In this document: positions 16,896 to 24,411 of the stretch, in pieces
Layout: the number at the start of each line of letters is the position of its first letter
Position numbering within the stretch: the stretch's first letter is position 1
Notes under the pieces: model-generated
Seen by the model: the letters and a program-made list of their open reading frames with translations, nothing else
What the model was told of the DNA's origin: nothing
The model's database searches: none
Virus record (IMG/VR): IMGVR_UViG_3300038313_000260
Length of the DNA stretch: 44,538 nucleotides
Source: a virus
Strand: one strand, 5' to 3'
Translations under genes and position numbers: made by a program

Positions 16896-17111
16896 ATGTA
16901 CCGCGAACTATTAGGAGAAATAGTAAAAAAGGGCCTAAATAGAAAGAAATTAGCTGAAAAAATTGGGGTTTCTGAAAAAACACTAAGAAATAAGTTAAAT
17001 GGGAAAACAGATTTTACATGGAGTGAAGTAAAAAAAATAAGAGATATCGTTGCCCCAGAGTATACTTTAGAAAAATTATTTGAAAAATCAGATACCAAAA
17101 ATCTAAATTAA
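16896..17111 (+). CDS. Cro-like HTH protein (71 aa; ATG 16896 preferred)
   Basis: GGAG RBS before ATG 16896. HTH LNRKKLAEKIGVSEKTLRNKLNGK. First gene of the rightward operon. Confidence 0.7.
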   Translation: MYRELLGEIVKKGLNRKKLAEKIGVSEKTLRNKLNGKTDFTWSEVKKIRDIVAPEYTLEKLFEKSDTKNLN

Positions 17112-17125
17112 AAGGAGGAACTTAA

Positions 17126-17230
17126 ATGGCATTAAAAACATTAACATTAGAAAGGCAAGCAGATAAAAATAAGGTTAAAAGAATTGAACAAGAAAGCAAA
17201 GGGGCAAGATTAGGATTTAGAAATAGTTAA
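17126..17230 (+). CDS. Possible 34-aa basic peptide ORF
   Basis: AAGGAGG RBS 7 nt before the ATG. Fills the gap between cro-like and ant. No other support. Confidence 0.3.
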   Translation: MALKTLTLERQADKNKVKRIEQESKGARLGFRNS

Positions 17231-17243
17231 AGGAGGGGATAAG

Positions 17244-18005
17244 ATGAACAACTTACAGATTTTTAATAATCAACAACTTATACCATTAAAAGAAAATGAA
17301 ACTGGTGAGGTAATAATAAGTGGTAGGGATTTGCATGAGTTTTTGGGAATAAAAACCGAATATAGAAAGTGGTTTCCACGAATGACTGATTATGGTTTTA
17401 TTGAAAATCAAGATTATATAAGGGTGTCCCAAAAATGTCCTACCCCTGGAGGAGAACAGGAAATTGTAGACCATGCGATTAAATTAGACATGGCAAAAGA
17501 AATAGCAATGATACAGAGAAATGGAAAAGGTAAGCAGGCAAGACAATATTTTATAGCAGTAGAAAAAGCATGGAACAGTCCTGAAATGATTATGAAGAGA
17601 GCTTTGGAGTTTGCAAATAAGAAAGTTATTGAATTGCAAGATAAAATCCAAATAGATAAGCCAAAGGTCATATTTGCAGATAGTGTTACAGCTTCAAGAA
17701 CTTCAATATTGGTCGGAGAGCTTGCAAAGATTATTAAGCAAAATGGATATGATATAGGGCAGAACAGGCTATTTCAATGGCTCAGGGATAATGGATATCT
17801 GATAAGTCGTAAAGGTACTGATTATAATATGCCAACACAGAAATCTATGGAACTGGGACTGTTTGAAATCAAGGAGACATCTATCACACATTCAGATGGA
17901 CACATAAGTGTAAATAAAACACCAAAAATTACTGGTAAAGGGCAGCAGTACTTCATTAATAAATTTATTGAGAATGAAGCAAAAGAAGAAACAGCTTGTA
18001 ATTAA
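17244..18005 (+). CDS. Antirepressor 1 (AntA-like N-terminal domain plus KilAC/ANT C-terminal domain)
   Basis: SGRDLHEFLGIKTEYRKWFPRMTDYGFIENQDY (AntA-type) and LVGELAKIIKQNGYDIGQNRLFQWLRDNGYL (KilAC-type). Confidence 0.8.
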   Translation: MNNLQIFNNQQLIPLKENETGEVIISGRDLHEFLGIKTEYRKWFPRMTDYGFIENQDYIRVSQKCPTPGGEQEIVDHAIKLDMAKEIAMIQRNGKGKQARQYFIAVEKAWNSPEMIMKRALEFANKKVIELQDKIQIDKPKVIFADSVTASRTSILVGELAKIIKQNGYDIGQNRLFQWLRDNGYLISRKGTDYNMPTQKSMELGLFEIKETSITHSDGHISVNKTPKITGKGQQYFINKFIENEAKEETACN

Positions 18006-18022
18006 AAATTAAATTAAAAGGA
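17966..18022 (+). repeat. 57-bp direct repeat, copy 1 (3' end of ant1 plus downstream RBS region)
   Basis: Identical to 19425-19481. Encodes IENEAKEETACN, the stop codon and TAAAAATTAAATTAAAAGGA. Confidence 0.9.
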
Positions 18023-18033
18023 AGAGTGATTAA

Positions 18034-18216
18034 ATGAGCAATTTAGAAAAAAATCAAAACAAAAAAGAAGTTGCCCAGGAACCATTAATAAAAAAATATA
18101 CATTAACAATACCAGATGGACTATTGAAAGAAATTAAGGGAAAGGCTAATCAACAAGGGATGTCAGTTAACGCATACATCTTATTATCAATTAGCCAAAC
18201 GTTAAAAGAAAAGTGA
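18034..18216 (+). CDS. Ribbon-helix-helix (Arc/CopG-like) small protein
   Basis: YTLTIPDGLLKEIKGKANQQGMSVNAYILLSI matches the beta-strand/helix/helix RHH pattern. Confidence 0.55.
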   Translation: MSNLEKNQNKKEVAQEPLIKKYTLTIPDGLLKEIKGKANQQGMSVNAYILLSISQTLKEK

Positions 18217-18218
18217 TA

Positions 18219-18365
18219 TTATTTTAAATTCTTTTGTGTATATTCTTTTAAAACCATTTCAATTTCTTTATTTACGGAACGGCCGTTGTTTTGAGCTATA
18301 ATTTTCAATTTGTCTAATAACTCTTTTGGTATACGTAATGTAAATTTAGGTAATTGAGAAGTCAT
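18219..18365 (-). CDS. Arc/Mnt-like RHH repressor (48 aa, not in the ORF track)
   Basis: MTSQLPKFTLRIPKELLDKLKIIAQNNGRSVNKEIEMVLKEY is the classic Arc-family pattern (F-L-R-P-EL...A..N-RS-N-EI). AAGGAGG RBS. Divergent from the arc-like/ant pair. Confidence 0.7.
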   Translation of the reverse strand: MTSQLPKFTLRIPKELLDKLKIIAQNNGRSVNKEIEMVLKEYTQKNLK

Positions 18366-18488
18366 TAAAAAACCTCCTTTTAAAAGTCGTCATAATGACA
18401 TCACTATTATAGCATAGAAAACATTTTAAAAAAAGTATTGACGGCATAATGACGGCATGGTAACATAATGATAAGAGGTGACGGCAAA
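18366..18488. promoter_or_regulatory. Divergent control region of the immI-like module with repeated operator motifs
   Basis: CATAATGA(C) occurs three times (18391-18399 inside the palindrome GTCATAATGAC, 18445-18453, 18464-18471). TGACGGCA occurs three times (18439, 18450, 18479). Rightward promoter TTGACG-17-TAACAT. Leftward extended -10 TGCTATAAT (plus-strand coordinates 18406-18414). Confidence 0.6.
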
Positions 18489-18641
18489 GTGAATTTAAAG
18501 CAAAGACTTACAATACGAATGCCAAGTGAACTAAATACAAAACTGTCAATTAGGGCACAAAAGATAGGAATAAGTAAAAATAGCTTAGTTTTACAAATAT
18601 TATGGGAAAAGGTACAAAAGGAGGATATAAAAAGTGTGTAA
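18489..18641 (+). CDS. Arc-like RHH repressor (50 aa, GTG start, not in the ORF track)
   Basis: NLKQRLTIRMPSELNTKLSIRAQKIGISKNSLVLQILWE fits the RHH pattern. GAGGTG RBS 8 nt upstream. Its 3' end overlaps the start of the Bro-type antirepressor. Confidence 0.65.
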   Translation: MNLKQRLTIRMPSELNTKLSIRAQKIGISKNSLVLQILWEKVQKEDIKSV

Positions 18642-19464
18642 TGATTTACAGGTTTTTAAGAATGAACAGTTCGGAGAAGTAAGAGCTTTGATACTCAAAA
18701 ACGAACCTTGGTTTGTAGGAAAAGACGTGGCTAAATGCTTAGGGTATAAAGATACCAAGGATGCTATAAGACAACATATAGATAATGAAGATAAAACTAT
18801 AATTCAAAAGGGGCAAATTACCACCTTAGAAATTCCAAATAGAGGATTAACAATTATAAATGAAAGCGGGTTATATAGCTTAGTATTAAGTTCAAAATTA
18901 CCAACAGCAAAGAGGTTCAAAAGATGGGTTACATCAGAAGTGCTGCCACAAATAAGAATACATGGAGCATTTATGACAGATGATACTTTGGAAAAGGTAT
19001 TAACAAACCCTGATTTTCTTATAAAATTGGCAACAGAACTTAAGGAGGAAAAAGAACAACGCAAGGCACTTGAATTACAAAATAAGCAGAAAGAGCAAAT
19101 CATAGGAGAGCTGAAACCTAGAGCAGACTATACAGATAGAATTTTAAAGAACAAAGGGCTTGTAACAATAACACAAATTGCTAAAGATTATGGAATGACT
19201 GGAATAGAGTTAAATAGGTTATTGCATGACTTAAAAGTGCAATATAAACAAAGTAATCAATGGCTTTTATATAAAGAGCATAGTGGTAAGGGATACACAC
19301 ATTCCGAAACTGTAGATATTGTCAGAAATGATGGTAAACCAGATATAAAAATGAACACTAAGTGGACACAAAAAGGTAGATTATTTTTATATAACTTACT
19401 TAGGAAGAATGGAATATCACCAACTATTGAGAATGAAGCAAAAGAAGAAACAGCTTGTAATTAA
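18634..19464 (+). CDS. Antirepressor 2 (Bro-N domain plus ANT-like C-terminal domain)
   Basis: FGEVRALILKNEPWFVGKDVAKCLGYKDTKDAIRQHIDNEDK is a Bro-N signature. GGAGGA RBS before the GTG. Same C-terminal tail IENEAKEETACN as antirepressor 1. Confidence 0.8.
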   Translation: MCNDLQVFKNEQFGEVRALILKNEPWFVGKDVAKCLGYKDTKDAIRQHIDNEDKTIIQKGQITTLEIPNRGLTIINESGLYSLVLSSKLPTAKRFKRWVTSEVLPQIRIHGAFMTDDTLEKVLTNPDFLIKLATELKEEKEQRKALELQNKQKEQIIGELKPRADYTDRILKNKGLVTITQIAKDYGMTGIELNRLLHDLKVQYKQSNQWLLYKEHSGKGYTHSETVDIVRNDGKPDIKMNTKWTQKGRLFLYNLLRKNGISPTIENEAKEETACN

Positions 19465-19481
19465 AAATTAAATTAAAAGGA
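19425..19481 (+). repeat. 57-bp direct repeat, copy 2 (3' end of ant2)
   Basis: Identical to 17966-18022. Confidence 0.9.
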
Positions 19482-19491
19482 GGAAATATAG

Positions 19492-19749
19492 ATGGATATT
19501 ACAGCAGAACAGCTAAAAGACATTATAAGGGATGCCGTTAAAGAAGCGGCACCTGAACCCCAAAAAGCAACTATGACAATACAAGAGTGTGCTAAATACA
19601 GCGGCATAGGAAAAGACAAGCTCATGGAATTAGCGCATAGTACAAATTCAGATTTTCCAGCTTTTAGAGTAGGTAAAAAGTTTCTAATTAATAAAGAGTT
19701 ACTAGATAATTGGCTAGAAAATATAAGCAAAGAAAAGAAAACACTATAA
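19492..19749 (+). CDS. xis: Excisionase-type HTH DNA-binding protein
   Basis: MTIQECAKYSGIGKDKLMELA...FPAFRVGKKFLINKELLDNWL is typical of the MerR-like excisionase family. Confidence 0.65.
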   Translation: MDITAEQLKDIIRDAVKEAAPEPQKATMTIQECAKYSGIGKDKLMELAHSTNSDFPAFRVGKKFLINKELLDNWLENISKEKKTL

Positions 19750-19770
19750 GGATAATTAAAGGGGATAAAA

Positions 19771-19944
19771 ATGTTAGAACTGAAAACACAGTATGGAACT
19801 TTTGGAAACTTTAGAGACCTATATAGATTTATGTTAGAAGAAGATATAGAGAATGTAAGAGTAACTACTTATTATATTTTTGATAAGTTAAGCACTTTAA
19901 ATTTGAGCCTACAAGAAATAAAGAATTTAGCATATAGCAAATAA
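19771..19944 (+). CDS. Hypothetical early protein (57 aa, not in the ORF track)
   Basis: GGGGA RBS. Fills an otherwise empty gap in the early operon. Confidence 0.4.
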   Translation: MLELKTQYGTFGNFRDLYRFMLEEDIENVRVTTYYIFDKLSTLNLSLQEIKNLAYSK

Positions 19945-20037
19945 TTAACTAAGGCTGAATAGCCTTTTATAAAAAACTGTTTTATCAATCTAGGGATATA
20001 CTCGCCCAATATATGTATATGCGAAAGGAGTGAGAAT

Positions 20038-20247
20038 ATGAGCAACATTTTAAAAGTAGTATTAACCAATGCTGTTAGAAATACAGAGATACAAAAGGCT
20101 GGTGAAATTTTAGGCATATCTCGTAAGCAAGTAATCAAGCTAAGAAAAGGAGAAAGTGCCAATATAAACAGTGATAAATTACTTGGTTTCATACTTGATT
20201 ATATGGCACATCCTAGATTAATTATAAAAGAACATTTTATAGATTAA
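20038..20247 (+). CDS. Small putative HTH protein (69 aa)
   Basis: AAGGAG RBS. AGEILGISRKQVIKLRKG looks like an HTH. Confidence 0.5.
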   Translation: MSNILKVVLTNAVRNTEIQKAGEILGISRKQVIKLRKGESANINSDKLLGFILDYMAHPRLIIKEHFID

Positions 20248-20689
20248 TAAATTTTAAATTATTAAATTGTGAATCAGAATTATCAAAGTAGGTATTTTGG
20301 GCATAACTTTTAATATCATTTAAACTGTTATCGGGTTGGAAACTATCGTTGGCAAAAACATCATCTATATTAGTCCATTCGTTCAATATGCTATATAGGA
20401 AGATGTCAATTTGGAACAATCTATTACAACATATTTTAAAATCCAATACATCCCTCTTGTTGTAAAGTTCGATTGCTTCAAGCTTTAGTTGGTTGAACTT
20501 ATTTATAAGTATTTCTCTACATTTAACAGGATTAAATAAATGTTTTTCGACACTAGGTTCGCCATCACCATATTGACTAATAGTTTCAGCAACTTTACCG
20601 TCAGGATAATCCCTAAGAGCTTCTTGATAAATAGATTCCCAACCACAGGGTATATCCTCAATATTTAAATCCCATAAAAACTTAACCAT
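20237..20689 (-). CDS. Reverse-oriented hypothetical protein (150 aa) embedded in the early operon
   Basis: AAAGGTGGTG RBS. Candidate extended -10 (TGGTAGAAT) upstream on the minus strand. Converges on and overlaps the previous gene by 11 nt. Confidence 0.6.
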   Translation of the reverse strand: MVKFLWDLNIEDIPCGWESIYQEALRDYPDGKVAETISQYGDGEPSVEKHLFNPVKCREILINKFNQLKLEAIELYNKRDVLDFKICCNRLFQIDIFLYSILNEWTNIDDVFANDSFQPDNSLNDIKSYAQNTYFDNSDSQFNNLKFINL

Positions 20690-20760
20690 AAATAATCACC
20701 ACCTTTCACCAAAATTCTACCATGATGGGGGCGAAAAGTAAAAATGCAGGAGGGACGGAT

Positions 20761-20943
20761 ATGATAAGAAAGTTATTAGAAGATAACGGAATTACATCCA
20801 CGGATGCAGAGTTTAAAGAGCTTATGGATTCCGTTACCGAGTATATAAAGCTTAACCAAATCAGGTTCGGCAAAAGGACAAATCTTTATGAGGTTTTAGG
20901 AATATCTTTAAGAACAATTAACGTGCTTAGGAGGTGTAGCTAA
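20761..20943 (+). CDS. Hypothetical early protein (60 aa; ATG 20761 preferred over 20722)
   Basis: GGAGGG RBS 6 nt before ATG 20761. There is no RBS before 20722. Confidence 0.45.
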   Translation: MIRKLLEDNGITSTDAEFKELMDSVTEYIKLNQIRFGKRTNLYEVLGISLRTINVLRRCS

Positions 20944-20945
20944 AA

Positions 20946-21242
20946 ATGTATTTTGAAAATCTTGTAGCTTTGCATATAGCAATAGAAAAGCAATGCCCGC
21001 AAGAGACAGCATTTAAATATTTGGATAGGCTTTTGGATGGTAAATCAAGAAAACATAATAATAAGCCTAAATTTATATGGACTAGTGATGATATAGAGGA
21101 CATAAAGAGATTTAGAAAACAAGGGCTTACTTATAAGGGAATAGCAAAAATATATTTTACAACAGATGATACTATTTTCCAAGTGTTAAGGAGAAATAAA
21201 AAAAAAGCCCTTTGCAGAGGGCCAATAATTAAAAAACACTAA
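20946..21242 (+). CDS. Hypothetical protein with possible C-terminal HTH (98 aa)
   Basis: GLTYKGIAKIYFTTDDTIFQVLRR resembles a resolvase/Psq-type HTH. Confidence 0.4.
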   Translation: MYFENLVALHIAIEKQCPQETAFKYLDRLLDGKSRKHNNKPKFIWTSDDIEDIKRFRKQGLTYKGIAKIYFTTDDTIFQVLRRNKKKALCRGPIIKKH

Positions 21243-21276
21243 CTACAGTTTACATGGAAATGGAGGTTTTGTAAAG

Positions 21277-22197
21277 ATGGATAAGCTTAAATGGCTCCAA
21301 GAAAGACAAAAAGGTATTGGCGGAAGTGATGTTGGAGCAATAATGGGAGTTAATAAGTGGAAAACACCGTTCGAAATTTATTTAGAAAAGACAGAGGAAA
21401 TACAAGAAGTTAACGAGCAAAGCGAATCAGCATACTGGGGAGATCAGTTCGAAGAAGTAGTCGCTAAAGAATTTGAAAAGAGAACAGGTAAAAAAGTACG
21501 AAGGGATAGAAGACATTTTCAGCATCCATCATATCCATTTATGGTTGCAAATATTGACAGGAGAGTAGTGGGAGAAAATGCAGTATTGGAATGTAAAACA
21601 GCTAACCAATTCTTAGCTAAAGAATGGGAAAGTGAAGAAATACCAGCAAGCTATTTATTACAAGTACAACACTATCTAGAAGTTACAGGAGCGGAAAAGG
21701 GTTATATAGCTGTTTTAATAGGTGGGCAGAGATTTGTTTGGAAAGAGATACCGAGGGATGACGAACTAATAAGGATTATTGTTCAAATTGAAAAAGATTT
21801 TTGGATGGAACATGTTGAGAAGAGAATACCACCAGCTTTGGATGGAAGTAGCGCTGCAGAGAAATATCTTTCAGAAAAATATAAGGGATCAAATTCAGAG
21901 CTAAGTATTGATTTAAAGTCGGAATATACAGAAAAAATAGACAAGCTTTTAGAGCTAAAGAACACAATTAAGCAATTAGAGAACCAGGCAAAAGAAATTG
22001 AGAATAACATAAAAAATGAACTTGGAGAAGCTGAAATAGGCTATACTCCACAGTTTAAAGTTAGTTGGAAGGCAGTTAGCTCTAATAGAATAGACAGTAA
22101 ACTTCTAAAAGAAAAGTACCCAAATGTTTATAAAAAAGTATGTAAAGAAAGTATGTCAAGAAGATTTACTATTAAAAACTTGAAGGAGGAAAATTAA
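21277..22197 (+). CDS. YqaJ-type (lambda Exo-like) recombination exonuclease
   Basis: WLQERQKGIGGSDVGAIMGVNKWKTPFEIY is the hallmark YqaJ N-terminus. Directly upstream of RecT. Confidence 0.85.
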   Translation: MDKLKWLQERQKGIGGSDVGAIMGVNKWKTPFEIYLEKTEEIQEVNEQSESAYWGDQFEEVVAKEFEKRTGKKVRRDRRHFQHPSYPFMVANIDRRVVGENAVLECKTANQFLAKEWESEEIPASYLLQVQHYLEVTGAEKGYIAVLIGGQRFVWKEIPRDDELIRIIVQIEKDFWMEHVEKRIPPALDGSSAAEKYLSEKYKGSNSELSIDLKSEYTEKIDKLLELKNTIKQLENQAKEIENNIKNELGEAEIGYTPQFKVSWKAVSSNRIDSKLLKEKYPNVYKKVCKESMSRRFTIKNLKEEN

Positions 22198-22198
22198 C

Positions 22199-23008
22199 AT
22201 GACAACAGCAAGTGAATTAAAGAATCAACTAGCAACTAGAAAGGAAACAGGAGTAGGGAGTGCTGGTAATACAGTAAAGGGGTTATTAGAAAGCCCAGCA
22301 ATTAAAAAAAGATTTGAAGAAGTTTTAAAACAGAGAGCACCACAATATATGAGTTCTATAGTTAATCTAGTTAACGGAGATGCAAATCTTAAAAAGTGTG
22401 ACCAGATGAGTGTAATAGCAAGTTGTATGGTTGCTGCTACTTTGGATCTTCCAGTTGATAAAAATTTAGGATATGCATGGGTAGTACCTTATGGCAATAA
22501 AGCACAATTCCAGCTTGGTTATAAAGGATATGTACAACTAGCACTTAGAACAGGGCAGTATAAATCTATAAATGTAATAGAAATACATGAAGGTGAATTA
22601 ATTGAATGGAATCCTCTCACGGAAGAATTAAGGATTGATTTTGAGAAAAAAAAGTCAGATGCAATTATAGGTTATGCAGGATATTTTGAATTAATAAATG
22701 GCTTTAGAAAATCAACCTATTGGACTAAAGAACAAATAACCAAACATAAAAATAAATTTAGTAAATCAGACTTTGGTTGGAAAAAAGACTTTGATGCTAT
22801 GGCTAAAAAAACAGTGCTTAGGAATATGTTAAGCAAATGGGGAATTTTAAGCATTGAAATGCAAAACGCTTACACAGCAGACCAAGAAACTATAAAAAGT
22901 GAAGTGCTAGAAACCGGGAACATTAAAGAGAATGTTGAGTATGTAGAGGCAGACTTTGATGTTGATTTTGAGGGTACCCCATTTGAAGAAGGTGTAACTA
23001 ATGAGTAA
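22199..23008 (+). CDS. recT: RecT-family single-strand annealing protein
   Basis: Size, position after the exonuclease, and conserved GY.W.VPYG..A.FQLGYKG...LA core. Confidence 0.85.
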   Translation: MTTASELKNQLATRKETGVGSAGNTVKGLLESPAIKKRFEEVLKQRAPQYMSSIVNLVNGDANLKKCDQMSVIASCMVAATLDLPVDKNLGYAWVVPYGNKAQFQLGYKGYVQLALRTGQYKSINVIEIHEGELIEWNPLTEELRIDFEKKKSDAIIGYAGYFELINGFRKSTYWTKEQITKHKNKFSKSDFGWKKDFDAMAKKTVLRNMLSKWGILSIEMQNAYTADQETIKSEVLETGNIKENVEYVEADFDVDFEGTPFEEGVTNE

Positions 23009-23180
23009 TATCCCAGATTGTTGTTATGATTATCGTTATGAGCAACCACAAGCGCAGATAGTTGACACTTGCGACATATGTGGTGAGGGTATATATGAAG
23101 GTGAAGAATACTACAATATTTGCGAAATGAACATTTGTGAAGACTGCATTTTAGACTTTAAGAAAACAGCAGAAATTTAA
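23001..23180 (+). CDS. Small Cys-rich (zinc-ribbon-like) protein, 59 aa, not in the ORF track
   Basis: ATG overlaps the recT stop. Contains C-D-I-C-G and C-E-D-C pairs. Confidence 0.45.
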   Translation: MSNIPDCCYDYRYEQPQAQIVDTCDICGEGIYEGEEYYNICEMNICEDCILDFKKTAEI

Positions 23181-23202
23181 TATATTTAAAGGAGCAAATA
23201 GC

Positions 23203-23919
23203 ATGGCAGGGGAAGGAACCAACAAAGGATGGATAAGTATATATAGGAAAATCGAAGATGGTTGGTTGTGGGAAGATAAGCCATTCGCTAGAGGACAAGC
23301 TTGGATTGACCTTCTCCTTCAAACCAACCATAAAGATAAAAAGACATTTTCAAAAGGTGAATTAATTGAAATAAAACGAGGAAGTTTTCTAACATCTGAC
23401 CAAGAATTGGCGGACAGATGGGGGTGGAGCAGGAATAAGGTCAGGGGCTTTTTGGAGGTACTAGTTGAGGAACGGATGATTACACTTAAAAGGTCACCAA
23501 AAGGTACAAGCTTAAGCATTGAAAACTATAGCTTTTACCAAGGTTGTGGTACAACAGAAAGTACAACAGAAAGTACAACAGAAGGTACAACAGAAAGGCA
23601 ACCGAAGGTACAACAGAAAAACACTAACAATAATGATAATAATATAAATAATGATAATAATGGGAATAAGAGAATAAGAGAAGAACCACCTCAACCTCCT
23701 TCTACTCCATCCAATCTGTCTAAAATAGAAAAACTTATTTTAAATAGCTTTGGAGAAATAGCTTATAAGACATGGTTTTCTAATTGCAAAATTACAGAGC
23801 ATGAGAAAGAAGTTGAGATTGTAGCAACAAGTAGTTTTGTAGCTGGAATGATTACTCAAAAATATAAAGAAGCACTGGAAAAGCTTTGTGGTAAAAAAGT
23901 AATAGTTAAGGAGGAGTAA
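23203..23919 (+). CDS. Replisome organizer / replication initiation protein (DnaD-like N-terminal winged-helix region)
   Basis: GWISIYRKI.D.W.W.DKPF.RGQAWIDLLL.....D is typical of phage replication initiators. Contains the iteron array and an AT-rich tract. Confidence 0.65.
   Translation: MAGEGTNKGWISIYRKIEDGWLWEDKPFARGQAWIDLLLQTNHKDKKTFSKGELIEIKRGSFLTSDQELADRWGWSRNKVRGFLEVLVEERMITLKRSPKGTSLSIENYSFYQGCGTTESTTESTTEGTTERQPKVQQKNTNNNDNNINNDNNGNKRIREEPPQPPSTPSNLSKIEKLILNSFGEIAYKTWFSNCKITEHEKEVEIVATSSFVAGMITQKYKEALEKLCGKKVIVKEE
23548..23618 (+). repeat. Iteron array (5 copies of (A/G)GTACAACAGAA) followed by an AT-rich tract; candidate ori
   Basis: Four exact tandem 12-mers at 23548-23595, one degenerate 11-mer, and a fifth copy at 23607-18. 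An A/T-only-rich run follows at 23620-23680. Confidence 0.6.
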
Positions 23920-23922
23920 ACA

Positions 23923-24132
23923 ATGGAAATATTAACAAATACATTACTTATAGCAAATTTAGTGGTGGTAGCTGCAGGAGCTACCGTAATAGCAAAAGAA
24001 ATAGACAAGCTAAACAAAAGGGTGGAAATGCTAGAGAATAGTTTAGACTTAAAAGAATTTAAAAAGGAACTAAAAGACCATATAAGCAAAGAATTTATGG
24101 GATTATCCTTCAGGGGGATAAAAATAAAATAG
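23923..24132 (+). CDS. Small membrane-anchored coiled-coil protein (69 aa)
   Basis: N-terminal hydrophobic helix LLIANLVVVAAGATVIA. Translationally close-packed after the rep gene. Confidence 0.5.
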   Translation: MEILTNTLLIANLVVVAAGATVIAKEIDKLNKRVEMLENSLDLKEFKKELKDHISKEFMGLSFRGIKIK

Positions 24133-24143
24133 GAGATATGGAC

Positions 24144-24311
24144 ATGAAAGAGTTAAGAAGAAAGGTTGTTAATATAGCCGCAGAGCTAGCACAGCAGGAA
24201 GTTGAGAGAACAGGTAAAGATTATAAGGCGTGCATAGATAAGGCGCTAGATGAAGCTTGTATAAGGCTAGGAGTAAATAGAAAGCAGTTTATAGAAATGT
24301 TCTTAAGATAA
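24144..24311 (+). CDS. Hypothetical protein (55 aa, not in the ORF track)
   Basis: AGGAG RBS 8 nt before ATG 24144. Confidence 0.4.
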   Translation: MKELRRKVVNIAAELAQQEVERTGKDYKACIDKALDEACIRLGVNRKQFIEMFLR

Positions 24312-24376
24312 GACAGAATCTGAAATTTAGACGACGTAAATCCAAAATATTAAAATGGAGTAATTCTAGATAAAGT

Positions 24377-24403
24377 GTGTGGCCACACCTCCAGACGTGG
24401 AGG
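24377..24403 (+). promoter_or_regulatory. Two GC-rich dyads upstream of the methyltransferase start; the second sequesters the RBS
   Basis: GTGTGGCCACAC (24377-24388) is a perfect palindrome. CCTCCA (24388-24393) pairs with TGGAGG (24398-24403), and the 3' arm of that pairing is the Shine-Dalgarno for ATG 24412. Confidence 0.45.
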
Positions 24404-24411
24404 GAAAGAAA

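Noticed and set aside
16459-17098. ORFs 16459-16749 (+) and 16787-17098 (-)
   Set aside because: They are antisense to the repressor and Cro-like genes respectively. They are S/F/L-rich with no RBS, so they are shadow ORFs.
23548-23618. 12-bp tandem repeats as a CRISPR-like or VNTR array
   Set aside because: There are no spacers, the unit is too short, and the array lies inside a coding region next to an AT-rich tract. Origin iterons are the better explanation.
24379-24411. GTG 24379 as the methyltransferase start (track annotation)
   Set aside because: There is no RBS upstream. ATG 24412 has GGAGGG at ideal spacing, and the intervening GC-rich dyads look regulatory.
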